Assembly: GCA_964252075.1 (NCBI GenBank) | Contig: CAXULY010000006.1 | Span: 32,001 to 96,000, forward strand | Direction of reading: 5' to 3' | Source: an uncultured Deinococcaceae bacterium | GTDB taxonomy: Bacteria > Deinococcota > Deinococci > Deinococcales > Deinococcaceae | DNA length: 64,000 nt | Notes under the pieces: generated by a model | Databases searched by the model: none | The model's input: only the letters and a program-made list of their open reading frames with translations | Told to the model about the DNA's origin: nothing | Made by a program: the position numbers and the translations under genes | Part shown: positions 1 to 9,457 of the stretch, in pieces | Position numbering within the stretch: the stretch's first letter is position 1 | How the letters are laid out: each line of letters starts with the position of its first letter

Positions 1-1
1 G

Positions 2-514
2 CAGGGCGGGGTGCTCAGCGTCCGGACGGCGCGCGAGACGGACTTCTGGCAGGTCACGCATTACGGCTTCGCGCGTGACAGCGGGCACTTCCTGCACAGC
101 CCACCGCTCGGGGAGTTCACGGCCAGCGTGCGCGTCGAGGGTCAGTACAAGGCGCTGTACGACCAGGCGGGCCTGATGCTGCGCAGCGACGCGACGTGCT
201 GGGTGAAGTCAGGCGTGGAGTTCGTGGGCGAGCAGCAGCTCAGCGCCGTTGTGACGCGGGGCTTCAGCGACTGGAGCGTGCGGCCCGCCGGGCACCCGCC
301 GCACGTGGACCTCAGGCTCACGCGCCGCGGGGACGCCCTTCAGGTGCACGCGCGCCTGCCCGGCGCGGGGTGGTCGCTGCTGCGCCTCGCGTACTATCCG
401 CCCGATGCGCCGGGCGCCGTCGGCGTGTACGCGTGCAGTCCGCAACGGGAGGGCTTCGAGGTCCGCTTCTCGAACCTCGTGATCGGCCCGCCCGAGGACG
501 CCCCGCCGTACTGA
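2..514 (+). CDS. DUF1349-family (concanavalin-like) protein, probably 5'-truncated by the window edge
   Basis: TDFWQVTHYGF, LYDQAGLM, WVKSGVE and ACSPQ motifs; the frame is open to the window start. Confidence 0.8.
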   Translation, partial: QGGVLSVRTARETDFWQVTHYGFARDSGHFLHSPPLGEFTASVRVEGQYKALYDQAGLMLRSDATCWVKSGVEFVGEQQLSAVVTRGFSDWSVRPAGHPPHVDLRLTRRGDALQVHARLPGAGWSLLRLAYYPPDAPGAVGVYACSPQREGFEVRFSNLVIGPPEDAPPY

Positions 515-696
515 GCGGAGGGAGGCCCCAGCACCGCAGGAGCTGGTGGGTGTGGGGGCCGCGCCGCCGAGGTGCTTGCCCCTGCGCGTTCAGGACGACC
601 GCCGAACCCACGCGGCGCCCTCGCCGCTGACTCGGCGGGCGCCGCTACCCGGCCGGGGGCGCCTGACGTCCGCCCGTACGGCGGTCGCCGCGCGCC

Positions 697-730
697 AATC
701 ATTCATCAATCACGGTGGCTTTCCTAAGGT
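697..730 (+). promoter_or_regulatory. AATCA-N6-AATCA-N12-TAAGGT promoter, copy 1
   Basis: AATCA at 697 and 708 (11-bp period), -10 hexamer TAAGGT at 725-730, upstream of CDS 776. Confidence 0.75.
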
Positions 731-775
731 GCGTCCAGAGCGGGGCGACGCGCCCCGATCCAAGGAGGAACCACC

Positions 776-1636
776 ATGAAAAGCACCCGTCTGTTCGCCA
801 TTGCCGCCCTCAGCGCCCTGATCGCCACGTCCGCCGTCGCCCAGTCGGGCATGGATCACGCCATGCCGGGCCTGCAGGTCGTGGGCAGCGATTACCGCTA
901 CAGCAACCCGGGCGCCCTCTCGACCGGCTGGAACACCATCGAGTTCCGGAACACCGGGCGTGAAGCGCACCACCTGCAACTCGTGCGCCTGCCGGACGGC
1001 ATGACGCAGGCGTCGTTCCTCGCGAAGCTGAAGGAGAACGAGGGCGCCGCGCTCGCGAGCGTCGAGATGGTCGGCGGCGTCGGCATGCTGCTGCCCGGCC
1101 AGTCGCAGCAGGTCACCCTGAACCTGGACACGCCCGGCACGTACCTGGAGTTGTGCTTCGTGCCGGACGAGAAGGGCGTGCCGCACCTCGCGCTCGGCAT
1201 GGTGAACACCCTGCAGGTGAAGGCCAGCGCGCAGGCGACCAGCGCGGCCCCCAAGGCGGACCTCAAGGTGAAACTCATGGACTTCGCCTTCGAACTGCCC
1301 GAGGACGCCATCATCCAGGCGGGGCCGCAGGTGTGGGAGGTGGAGAACGCCGGTCCGGAAGGGCACGAGATGGCGATCATGCGCCTCGCGCCCGGCAAGA
1401 CCCTCGCGGACCTCGACGCATACATGAAGAACCCGGAAGGCCCCATGCCCATGATTCCGGTGGGCGGCGCGCAGGCCGTGACGCAGGGCCGCACGAGCTA
1501 CCTGAACGTGAACCTGGAGGCGGGCGATTACGTGCTGCTGTGCTTCCTGCCCAGCCCGGCGAACGCGGGCGCGCGCCACGCCGCCCTCGGCATGGTCCGT
1601 CCCTTCACCGTGGTGGCCCGCACGGCCTCCCGCTGA
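776..1636 (+). CDS. Secreted protein with two tandem cupredoxin-like copper-binding domains
   Basis: Signal peptide; AAGGAGG RBS; two H...C(F)xP...H..LGM ligand sets (LCFVPDEKGVPHLALGM, LCFLPSPANAGARHAALGM). Confidence 0.75.
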   Translation: MKSTRLFAIAALSALIATSAVAQSGMDHAMPGLQVVGSDYRYSNPGALSTGWNTIEFRNTGREAHHLQLVRLPDGMTQASFLAKLKENEGAALASVEMVGGVGMLLPGQSQQVTLNLDTPGTYLELCFVPDEKGVPHLALGMVNTLQVKASAQATSAAPKADLKVKLMDFAFELPEDAIIQAGPQVWEVENAGPEGHEMAIMRLAPGKTLADLDAYMKNPEGPMPMIPVGGAQAVTQGRTSYLNVNLEAGDYVLLCFLPSPANAGARHAALGMVRPFTVVARTASR

Positions 1637-1742
1637 GCAGGGCACCCCAGGGCGGCCGGACCCCCGCAGGGGTGCTCCGGTCGCCCCTCAGCACGCCAGC
1701 ACCCCACACCACCGCTTCCACAGCGTTTCCCGAAGGAGCCTC

Positions 1743-2354
1743 ATGTCGGACCACGTGACGTACGCCTCGTTCCCCGCACAGTTCAGCACCACCTTCACGG
1801 TCGCGCACCTCGCGTCCCTCGACCACCGCTTCCATCACCTGCGCGCCCTGCGGGGGCGGCGCGCGCTGGACCTCGTCGTGCAGGACAGCGCGGACCTCCA
1901 GAACGCGCACCTGACCCTGCGGTCCGGTCAGGCGGAGTGGCTGGGCGCGCCGGGCGCCCTCGACGAGGACGGCGCAGGCCGCCGCCCCTTCCACGGCTGG
2001 AGCGAGGCGGCGCTCGCGTACGCCCTCGGGGTGGACCTGACGCCAGTGGAGTTGCAGCGCGTACCGTTCACGGAGTTGAACGACCGCGTCGCGGCGTGGC
2101 GGACGGGCGTCCTGTACGCCTTCGCACGCGTGGATGCGGGACCGAGCCCCGCCCTCGCGCGGCGCCTGAACCTCGCGAACGACATGGACCGCCTGGAGTT
2201 CGATTTCCTGGCCGCGACGGACTTCGCGGGGCTGGACCTGGTGCGCGCGCACCGCCTGAACGCGTCGGGCGCGCACGAGGTCCTGCGGGCCAGCAGCAGG
2301 GCGGATGCGCCGGTGGCGGCCGCTCCGGCGGAGCGGGGCCGCCTGTGGTCCTGA
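1743..2354 (+). CDS. Hypothetical protein
   Basis: AAGGAG RBS, host-like codon usage, followed by a terminator. Confidence 0.7.
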   Translation: MSDHVTYASFPAQFSTTFTVAHLASLDHRFHHLRALRGRRALDLVVQDSADLQNAHLTLRSGQAEWLGAPGALDEDGAGRRPFHGWSEAALAYALGVDLTPVELQRVPFTELNDRVAAWRTGVLYAFARVDAGPSPALARRLNLANDMDRLEFDFLAATDFAGLDLVRAHRLNASGAHEVLRASSRADAPVAAAPAERGRLWS

Positions 2355-2379
2355 GGGAAGTCAGGCGGCGCAGCAAGGG

Positions 2380-2415
2380 ACGGACGGGCCACTCGGCCCG
2401 TCCGTTCGTTTTGTT
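2380..2415 (+). terminator. Intrinsic terminator
   Basis: 11-bp stem ACGGACGGGCC / GGCCCGTCCGT with ACTC loop, followed by TCGTTTTGTT. Confidence 0.75.
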
Positions 2416-2683
2416 CCCCTCCTGCGCTGGCCCTCTGGATGCATGGGTGAGTGTGGCTCACCTGACACGCGGTCGGGGACCGGCGGGCAGGCACCCAGGC
2501 GCGGGGGTTCGCGCCGTCCGCTTCCTGTATTTGCAGCACAGAAAGCGGGAAGGATTCGGTCCTCCCTGGCGGGGACCAACGGACCGTGGGGTATGGCCCA
2601 GCCCCGTCCATTCCCCTCTTTGGCAGGAATGCAGTTGGGCGCAGCGCCACGACTATGGCGCTGCGCCCTAAGACCACTAGGCG

Positions 2684-4099
2684 TCAGGCGGGGACGGAGT
2701 CCTCCCGCGCGGGCTTCAGGTTCACGTTGCGCGCGAACAGGTTCTGCGGGTCGTACTGCGCCTTCACGCGCGCGAGGCGCTGCTGGTGGCGCGCCCCGTA
2801 CGTGCGCTCGGTGGCGTGCTCGTCGCGCGCGCCGGTGAAGTTGCCGTACAGGCCGCTCGCGAGGGGCGCGACGGACGCCCAGACGCGGTCGGTGTTCGCC
2901 CACGCCTGCGCGTCCAGGCTGGCGTCGGGCACGGCCTCCCCAACCATCATGAGGAATGGGGCGCTGCGGTGCGCGAAGGCGGTGGCGTCGTGCGGGACGC
3001 GCGCCATCTGGCCGCCCAGGACGCGCAGCTGCACGATCTGACCGGGCGTCATGCGCTGCACCTCGCGCCCCAGGTGCAGGAGGGCGTCGTCCGTGAGGTC
3101 GCGCAGGAAGCCGGAGCGGATGGCGTGCCGCAGGCCGGGCGCGGCGGGCGCGTCCGTGAAGCTGAACATCGCGGGGTACGGCATGGGGCCGATGAGGTCG
3201 AAGGCGGCCGTGCCGAGCGCGCGGAAGGGCGCGAGCACCGCTTCGCCGTGCGCGATGTCGCCGCTGTAGCACGCGAGGATCGCGAAGACGGTGCGGCCCA
3301 CGAGGTGCGGCGGCACGAAGGGCGCGGGCGGCGCGGCGATGAAGAGGCCCTGCATGCTGAGCGCGTCGGGGGCGGTGGCGGCGAGCCGCGCGAAGCGGCC
3401 CATGAGGCGCGCAGCGTCGCTGGGGTCGCTGGCGTCAAAGGCCAGCATGCCGCCGTAGATGAGTCCCGCGGCGTGCGCCTCGAATTCCAGCGCGGTGATC
3501 ACGCCGAAGTTCGCGCCGGCGCCCCGCAGGGCCCAGAACAGCTCGGGGTGCTCGGTGTCGCTGGCGCGCAGCAGGGTGCCGTCGGCCGTCACGAGCTTCA
3601 CAGCGCGCAGGCGGTCAATGGCGAGGCCGTGGTGGCGCACGAACCACCCGATGCCGCCGCCCTGCGTGAGGCCGCTCACGCCGACCGACGCCACGTCGCC
3701 CGCCGTGATGGCGAGGCCGTGCTCGTGCAGGGCGGCCGCCACTTCACCCCAGGTGAGGCCCGCGCCGAGGCGCACGTGGCGCGTCGCCGGGTTCACGTCG
3801 ATGGTGTTCAGGCGCGTGAGGTCCAGCGTCACGCCGCCCTCGACGCTGCCGAAACCGGCGGGGCTGTGCCCGCCGCCGCGCACCGCGAGCGGGAGGCGCT
3901 CCTCGCGGGCGAAGCGCAGGGCGCGCGCCACGTCCCGCGCGTTCGCGACGCGGGCGATGAGGGCGGGTTGGCTGGTGGTGGCGGCGTTCCAGAGGGCGCG
4001 CGCCGGCGCGAAGCCGGGATGGTCGGGCAGCAGCAGCTGGCCTTCGAAGGTGGCGTGCAGGTGCGCGAGGCGGGCGGCGTTCATGGGCAGGTCGTTCAT
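2684..4099 (-). CDS. FAD-linked oxidase (berberine-bridge / VAO family)
   Basis: AVRGGGHS FAD-attachment motif, LFWALRGAGANFG, C-terminal RLARVKAQYDPQNLF. Confidence 0.92.
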   Translation of the reverse strand: MNDLPMNAARLAHLHATFEGQLLLPDHPGFAPARALWNAATTSQPALIARVANARDVARALRFAREERLPLAVRGGGHSPAGFGSVEGGVTLDLTRLNTIDVNPATRHVRLGAGLTWGEVAAALHEHGLAITAGDVASVGVSGLTQGGGIGWFVRHHGLAIDRLRAVKLVTADGTLLRASDTEHPELFWALRGAGANFGVITALEFEAHAAGLIYGGMLAFDASDPSDAARLMGRFARLAATAPDALSMQGLFIAAPPAPFVPPHLVGRTVFAILACYSGDIAHGEAVLAPFRALGTAAFDLIGPMPYPAMFSFTDAPAAPGLRHAIRSGFLRDLTDDALLHLGREVQRMTPGQIVQLRVLGGQMARVPHDATAFAHRSAPFLMMVGEAVPDASLDAQAWANTDRVWASVAPLASGLYGNFTGARDEHATERTYGARHQQRLARVKAQYDPQNLFARNVNLKPAREDSVPA

Positions 4100-4157
4100 G
4101 GTGGTGCTCCTTGTGGGGAATGGGGTGGGGGGTGGTGGGCGGGCGGGGGGCGGGGGG

Positions 4158-5468
4158 TCACTGCACGAGGACCGCCCCTTTCATGAACGGGTGAGGCAGA
4201 CAGTGGTACTCGACGCGGCCCGCCGCTGAGAAGGTGAGGCTGAACTGCGCGCCGGGCGGCAGGTCGTGTCGCTCCTCGCGGCCGTTCACGGTGAGGGTGA
4301 CGGTGTGCGGGACCGCGTCGGTGTTGCGCCACGTGACGGGCTGACCCACCGGGACGCGCAGTTCCTTGGGGCGGAAGGTGAAGTTCGTGATGTCGATGGT
4401 GGCCGGACCGCCCACGGCGGGCGCGCTGTCGGGCGCACCGGGCATGGTCATGCCGTGGGCGTGCGCGTCGGTGGCTGGGGCGAGGCTGCCGTCGGCGCGG
4501 CGGGCGGGGCCGCCCGTGAGCATGAAGTGCATGCCGCCCGGGTACACGCCGCCGTTCACGTTCTGCGGGGTGTTGTGGTCGTGGAAGGGGAACGCGCCGT
4601 CGCGGCCCTTCACGAGCAGGTCGTACCGCTCGCCCGGCAGGATCGGCAGGGTGTCCGCCTGGTACGGCGCGGGCAGGTCGTGGCCGTCCTTGGCGATCAC
4701 GAGAAAGGTCATGCCGTGCACGTGCAGGCTATGCGGCTCGGCGCCCATGTGGATGACGCGCAGCAGGTGCACCTCCCCTTCCGGCACCACCACGTCCGGG
4801 ATGAGGGGGTACGTGTGGCCGTTCACGAGGAACAGGTCCGGGTGCGGCTCGGGTTTCGGCGTGAGGGGCGTCTGGTGGCTGTCCCACTCGTCCAGCACCA
4901 GCGTGTGCTCGGCCGTCCAGGGGACCTTCACGCCCTCGCGGGGCTCCACGATGAGCGCGCCGTACATGCCCATGTCCAGGTGGACGCTCGTCTGGAAGTG
5001 GCAGTGGTACGCATGCGTGCCCGCTTCCGTCGCGACGAACTCGTACGTGAAGCGCTGGCCGGGCAGCACCTCGTGGCTGGTGTGCGGCACGCCGTCCATT
5101 TCCTGCGCGAGCGACGTGATGCCGTGCAGGTGCAGGGCGTGCGGCTGGTCGTGGGCGTTCACGAGCGTGATGCGGACGTGGTCCCCGACGTGCACCCGCA
5201 GTTCCGGGCCGGGCACGCTGGGCGCCTGGCCGGGCAGGCCGAACGCCCACTGCTCCACCCGCACGCCGGGCGACACCTCGGTGGTGATGCGGTGCACTTC
5301 CAGCGTGAACTCCCGCAGTTCACCCGTCGCTTCCGAGAGGGGCACGGTCCCGACGCGCTGCTGCACGAAGGACTGGATCAGCGCGTCGCGGCCGGGGGCG
5401 GCAGACGTGGGGTGCGCCAGCGCGGCGCCGCTCAGCAGGAGGGTCAGCAGGATCAGGTGGCGCTTCAT
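4158..5468 (-). CDS. Secreted two-domain multicopper oxidase with an extra C-terminal cupredoxin domain
   Basis: Signal peptide MKRHLILL; HALHLHG, YHCHFQTSVHLDMGM, HSLHVHG, FHDH; C-terminal HTVT...YHCLPHPFM; start set at ATG 5468. Confidence 0.88.
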   Translation of the reverse strand: MKRHLILLTLLLSGAALAHPTSAAPGRDALIQSFVQQRVGTVPLSEATGELREFTLEVHRITTEVSPGVRVEQWAFGLPGQAPSVPGPELRVHVGDHVRITLVNAHDQPHALHLHGITSLAQEMDGVPHTSHEVLPGQRFTYEFVATEAGTHAYHCHFQTSVHLDMGMYGALIVEPREGVKVPWTAEHTLVLDEWDSHQTPLTPKPEPHPDLFLVNGHTYPLIPDVVVPEGEVHLLRVIHMGAEPHSLHVHGMTFLVIAKDGHDLPAPYQADTLPILPGERYDLLVKGRDGAFPFHDHNTPQNVNGGVYPGGMHFMLTGGPARRADGSLAPATDAHAHGMTMPGAPDSAPAVGGPATIDITNFTFRPKELRVPVGQPVTWRNTDAVPHTVTLTVNGREERHDLPPGAQFSLTFSAAGRVEYHCLPHPFMKGAVLVQ

Positions 5469-5475
5469 GGCCGTC

Positions 5476-5509
5476 ACCTTAGGCAGCCGCCCATGATTCA
5501 CCCGTGACT
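5476..5509 (-). promoter_or_regulatory. AGTCA-N6-AATCA-N12-TAAGGT promoter, copy 2 (probably leaderless)
   Basis: Minus strand AGTCAcgggtgAATCAtgggcggctgccTAAGGTgacggccATG; -10 is 7 nt before the start codon and there is no SD. Confidence 0.75.
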
Positions 5510-5595
5510 GGCGGGCCAGGCCGCGCTGGCGGCGGGTCCGGCCGCCAGCGCGGGCGCCTGGCGTGGGGGTGGGCGCGCGCGCCGCGCGTCCGGCC

Positions 5596-5629
5596 AATCA
5601 CGGGTGAATCAGGGCGCGCCCCCTAGCGT
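5596..5629 (+). promoter_or_regulatory. AATCA-N6-AATCA-N12-TAGCGT promoter, copy 3
   Basis: AATCA at 5596 and 5607, TAGCGT at 5624-5629. Confidence 0.75.
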
Positions 5630-5669
5630 GACGGAGCCAAGAGGCACGACACACCAAGGAGGCACCACC

Positions 5670-7538
5670 ATGAACGGAAATCAGCACAGAACCGGCATCA
5701 CCCTGCTCAGCGCGGCCCTGCTAGCGGGCGCCCTCGTCGCCTGCGGCGGCGCCCAGACGGGCGGCACGCCCAGCGGCATCCAGCGCATCGAGGTGTCGCC
5801 CGCCACGGCGAGCGTCGCGGTGGGTGGCACCGTCACCCTGAACGCCACCGCGCGGGACGCGCAGGGGCAGGTCGTGCCGAACGTCGCCTTCAGCTGGAAG
5901 TCCAGCAGCGAGGCCGTCGCGAGCGTCGCGAACGGCGTTGTGCGGGGCGTCACATCCGGCAACGCGAGCGTCACCGCGTCGGCGGGCGGCGTGACCAGCG
6001 CGCCCGTCACGGTGAATGTCGCCCCGGCGGCGGACTTCGACCTGAGCCTCTCCACCGACAAACTGAGCGTCATCACCGGCGCGTCCGCCACCGTCACCGT
6101 GACGCTGAACCGCCACGCGGGCTTCACGCGCGCCGTGACCGTGAGCCTCACGGGCCTCCCCGCCGGGGCGAGCGCGGCGGGCGTCAGCATTCCCGAGGGG
6201 CAGTCCAGCGCGACCCTCACGGTGAGCGCCAGCGCGGGCGCCCCGCACTCGCAGCCCACGCCCGTCACCGTGACGGCCCGCGCGACGGACGCGACCGTGA
6301 CGCGCCCCCTGACCGTCACGGTGCGCGGCCCCGCGGGCAGCCTGGACACCACCTTCGGCGCGGCGGGCGTGAGCGTCCAGCCTGTGGGCATCGCGGACGA
6401 TTACGCGAACGCCATGCTGGTGCAGCCGGACGGCAAGGTGCTCGTGGCGGGCACGTCACCCGCCGCGCGCGGCAATGACTTCGCGGTGCTGCGCTTCGAC
6501 CGCGACGGCCAGCTCGACACGAGCTTCGGTCAGAACGGTCGGGCGCTCGTGGACTTCGCGGGCGGCAGCGACGCCGCCACCAGCCTCGCGCTGCAGCCCG
6601 ACGGGAAGATCATTGTGGCGGGCGAGGCGGGCGTGGACGGCCGCGCGGCCTTCGGCGCGGCGCGCCTCACCGCGGGCGGCGCCACGGACGGCAGCTTCGG
6701 CACGAACGGCAAGGCCACCGTCACCTTCGGGACCGCCGGGGACCGCGCGAACGCCGTGATCGTGCAGCCCGACGGGAAAATCGTGCTGGGCGGCGAGGCG
6801 AACATGGGCAGCGCCAGCGGCGTGGACTTTGCGCTCGCCCGCCTGAACGCGAACGGGCAGCCCGACGCGACCTTCTCGGGCGGCACCGTCACCACCGCCC
6901 TGAAGGCCGGGAACGCGACCGACACCATCCGCGCGCTGGCCCTCCAGGGCGACAAGATCATCGCGGTGGGCGGCGACGGCGACTTCGCGCTCGCCCGGTA
7001 CAGCGCGTCGGGCGCGCTGGACGCCAGCTTCGGCAGTGGCGGCACCGTCACGGGCGTGTTCGGCACGAACATCGGCAGCGCGAAGGCCGTCGTGGTGGAC
7101 GCCACGGGGCGCCTGCTGGTCGCGGGCAACAGCAACCAGGACACCGCCATCGCCGCGTTCAGCAAGGACGGCGCACTCGACCCCAGCTTCGGCAGCGCGG
7201 GCAAGACCGTGATCGCGCTCAGCGACAGCAACTGGGACGAAGCGACCGCCCTGGCCGTGCAGGCGGACGGCAAGCCCGTGCTGGGCGGCTGGGTGTACGA
7301 GGGCGGCAGCTCCAGCGGGAACTTCGCAGTGACGCGCCTCACCGCGAACGGGCAGCCCGACGCGGGCTTCGGCACGAACGGCACGACCATCACGCACGTC
7401 GCGCCCGGCACCAAGAGCGACGAGGCGCGCGCCTTGGCGCTCCAGCCGGACGAGCGCATCCCCGCGACGCGCATCCTGCTGGCCGGCCCACGCAACGACA
7501 GCAACTCCGACTTCGCCCTCACGCGCTACTGGCCCTGA
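5670..7538 (+). CDS. Lipoprotein with Ig-like (Big_2) domains and a delta-60-repeat beta-propeller
   Basis: Lipobox LVAC; VSPATASVAVG...WKSSSEAVASV; repeated LQPDGKIIVAG / G.LD.SFG..G units; AAGGAGG RBS. Confidence 0.88.
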   Translation: MNGNQHRTGITLLSAALLAGALVACGGAQTGGTPSGIQRIEVSPATASVAVGGTVTLNATARDAQGQVVPNVAFSWKSSSEAVASVANGVVRGVTSGNASVTASAGGVTSAPVTVNVAPAADFDLSLSTDKLSVITGASATVTVTLNRHAGFTRAVTVSLTGLPAGASAAGVSIPEGQSSATLTVSASAGAPHSQPTPVTVTARATDATVTRPLTVTVRGPAGSLDTTFGAAGVSVQPVGIADDYANAMLVQPDGKVLVAGTSPAARGNDFAVLRFDRDGQLDTSFGQNGRALVDFAGGSDAATSLALQPDGKIIVAGEAGVDGRAAFGAARLTAGGATDGSFGTNGKATVTFGTAGDRANAVIVQPDGKIVLGGEANMGSASGVDFALARLNANGQPDATFSGGTVTTALKAGNATDTIRALALQGDKIIAVGGDGDFALARYSASGALDASFGSGGTVTGVFGTNIGSAKAVVVDATGRLLVAGNSNQDTAIAAFSKDGALDPSFGSAGKTVIALSDSNWDEATALAVQADGKPVLGGWVYEGGSSSGNFAVTRLTANGQPDAGFGTNGTTITHVAPGTKSDEARALALQPDERIPATRILLAGPRNDSNSDFALTRYWP

Positions 7539-7549
7539 AGCGCTGCACC

Positions 7550-7581
7550 GGGGGACGGCCGGCACCTTCCGGCCGTCCCCC
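7550..7581 (+). terminator. GC-rich hairpin, probable terminator
   Basis: 13-bp stem GGGGGACGGCCGG / CCGGCCGTCCCCC just after the stop codon; no U-tract. Confidence 0.55.
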
Positions 7582-7715
7582 GACCCGACGAGCGCCAGTG
7601 CCCGTGGTCCCATCACCGTGCTGAACCCAGTTTAGGCGGCGCCCTGCGCGCCTTGAGGGGACCACGCGCGGTTTAGCCGCCGCTTCGGTGCGCGCCCGCC
7701 CCGCGGGACGCGGCC

Positions 7716-7749
7716 AATCAGGGCTCAATCATGGGGCGCCCGGTACGCT
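7716..7749 (+). promoter_or_regulatory. AATCA-N6-AATCA-N12-TACGCT promoter, copy 4
   Basis: AATCA at 7716 and 7727, TACGCT at 7744-7749. Confidence 0.75.
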
Positions 7750-7786
7750 CGCCGCACACTGCCCAGCGGTGTCGGAGGTCCACGAC

Positions 7787-8020
7787 ATGAACGAAGACGA
7801 CCGCGCCCCGGTGCACGGGGAACACGAGGTTTACCTGCTGCGCATCTGGTGCGAGTTCGACGGCCCACGGCCCGTCTGGCGCGGGTCGGTGCTGCACGAC
7901 CAGTCGCAACGGCGTTACTTCGCCACGCCCGAGGCGCTCCTGACGTTCCTGACGCAGCGCCTGCACGCCCGCCAGCCCACCAGCACCCAGGCGAACCCGC
8001 CCGCCACCCCCGACCCATAA
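7787..8020 (+). CDS. Small conserved-looking hypothetical protein (YLLRIW..E...WRGS....RRYF..PEALL.FL)
   Basis: GGAGG RBS, own promoter, compact motif-like core. Confidence 0.7.
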   Translation: MNEDDRAPVHGEHEVYLLRIWCEFDGPRPVWRGSVLHDQSQRRYFATPEALLTFLTQRLHARQPTSTQANPPATPDP

Positions 8021-8168
8021 CCCCCCGCCGCCGGACCGATCACGGGCGGAACATGCGCGCCTCCCTCCCCTGAAGGCACAGGGAGAACGCGCCACCACAC
8101 GCCCCTGAACACCATCCAGTCGCCGCCGACCCACCCCACACGCCCCCACCCCTGAAGGAGGAACACCC

Positions 8169-8918
8169 ATGCGCACCCCCGTTCTCGCCGCCCTGCTCGC
8201 CCTCACGGCCGCCACCGCCAAGCCCGCACCCGGAAGCGTCCAGGGGCAGGTGCTCGACACGCACGGCAAGCCCCTGAGCGGCGCTCAAGTGTGGATCAAG
8301 CCCGTCGTGACCACCGGCGTCGCCGAGGCGCTCACGGACGAGCGCGGGCGGTACGAAGTCACGGGCCTCCCCCCGGTCGGGTACCGCGCGTACGCCTGGC
8401 TGCAGGTGCCGTACCAGGGCAAGACCTTCTGCTACCGCCTCGCCGAGCCCAGCGTCGCCGATTACAACCCCTTCAACCCGCGCGACGGACTGGTCCGCAA
8501 CTTCAGGTGGCAGCTGTCCGGCCGGATTCCCGGCGAGGAAGTCTACAGCGACCTCGGGTACTTCGGCGGGAGCCTCCCCCTGATGCCCGCCTTCGGGCAG
8601 CCGCGCGCCGCCACCGCGGACGACCAGATCGAACTGGCCCTCACCCCCGTGGGACCCCTCATTGACGGCAGCGCCGGCAAGGCCCTCACCGTCACGGCGC
8701 CCGCGCGCGGCATGGCGCTCGACGTGCCCATCGGCACGTACCGCGTCCGCGCCACCTTCATCGGCGCGAACGGGCGGCGCGAGCCCCTGCAGGTGTCCGC
8801 CCTGGACGGCGAGTACACCAGCGAGACGACCGTGCGCTTCAGGGCGTCCAGTGACATCTGCAAGGGCACCACCGGCGGCGCTCCGGGCCGCGCGTACGTG
8901 TACTGGCGGTTCCAGTGA
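8169..8918 (+). CDS. Secreted protein with a carboxypeptidase-regulatory-like (prealbumin-fold) N-terminal domain
   Basis: Signal peptide; GQVLDTHGKPLSGAQV...TDERGRY; paralog of 45217..45960. Confidence 0.8.
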   Translation: MRTPVLAALLALTAATAKPAPGSVQGQVLDTHGKPLSGAQVWIKPVVTTGVAEALTDERGRYEVTGLPPVGYRAYAWLQVPYQGKTFCYRLAEPSVADYNPFNPRDGLVRNFRWQLSGRIPGEEVYSDLGYFGGSLPLMPAFGQPRAATADDQIELALTPVGPLIDGSAGKALTVTAPARGMALDVPIGTYRVRATFIGANGRREPLQVSALDGEYTSETTVRFRASSDICKGTTGGAPGRAYVYWRFQ

Positions 8919-9457
8919 AGCGCGCCGCCCACTTGGCCCGCTGGCTCCTGCCCGCGCTGGCGCTCGCGGCGCCCACGGCGTCCGCCACGCGCTCACCCGC
9001 GAACCTCGCGCCCTTCAACGCCGGGCACGTGTGCGTGGGCCGCGCGGACGTACAGGTCGGCGACCAGCCGAACGCGGCCCTCACGCAGACCGCGCAGGAC
9101 GCCCTCACGAAACTCGCCGCGTCCCTCCAGCTGAACGGCGCGAACCAGCCGTACACGGACTGCCCGGCGTGGCTGTTCTTCCAGGCGCGCGCACAGCGCG
9201 ACGCGGACGGGCACCTCGTGTACGCCTCGACCCTCAGCCTCATCGCCCCCGGCGTGCATGTGCAGTCCCTCGCCGACCTCAAGGGCGACGCCTTCCCGTA
9301 CGACGGTGACTTCGAGTACGTGAACCTGTGGAGCGAAACGGACGCGCACATGGCCTTCGACCTCGACAACCTGGCGTTCAGGCTCCGGGCGGACGTGGTG
9401 TCGGGCATGGACGCCTTCAGCGCCGACTGGAAACGCAGCCACCCACCCACCAGGTGA
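8915..9457 (+). CDS. Secreted hypothetical protein
   Basis: GTGA overlap with the upstream stop codon, signal peptide, two Cys. Confidence 0.7.
   Translation: MKRAAHLARWLLPALALAAPTASATRSPANLAPFNAGHVCVGRADVQVGDQPNAALTQTAQDALTKLAASLQLNGANQPYTDCPAWLFFQARAQRDADGHLVYASTLSLIAPGVHVQSLADLKGDAFPYDGDFEYVNLWSETDAHMAFDLDNLAFRLRADVVSGMDAFSADWKRSHPPTR

Noticed and set aside
2416..2683. Lower-GC intergenic stretch with small hairpins (possible sRNA or relic); similar stretches at 10400-10720 and 15380-15690
   Set aside because: No recognisable RNA family, terminal repeats or credible ORF; cannot be supported without a search.
6340..7530. Repeated DNA words (CAGCCCGACGG, AGCTTCGGC) as a possible CRISPR or tandem array
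   Set aside because: They encode delta-60 protein repeats, are degenerate and have no fixed repeat-spacer structure.
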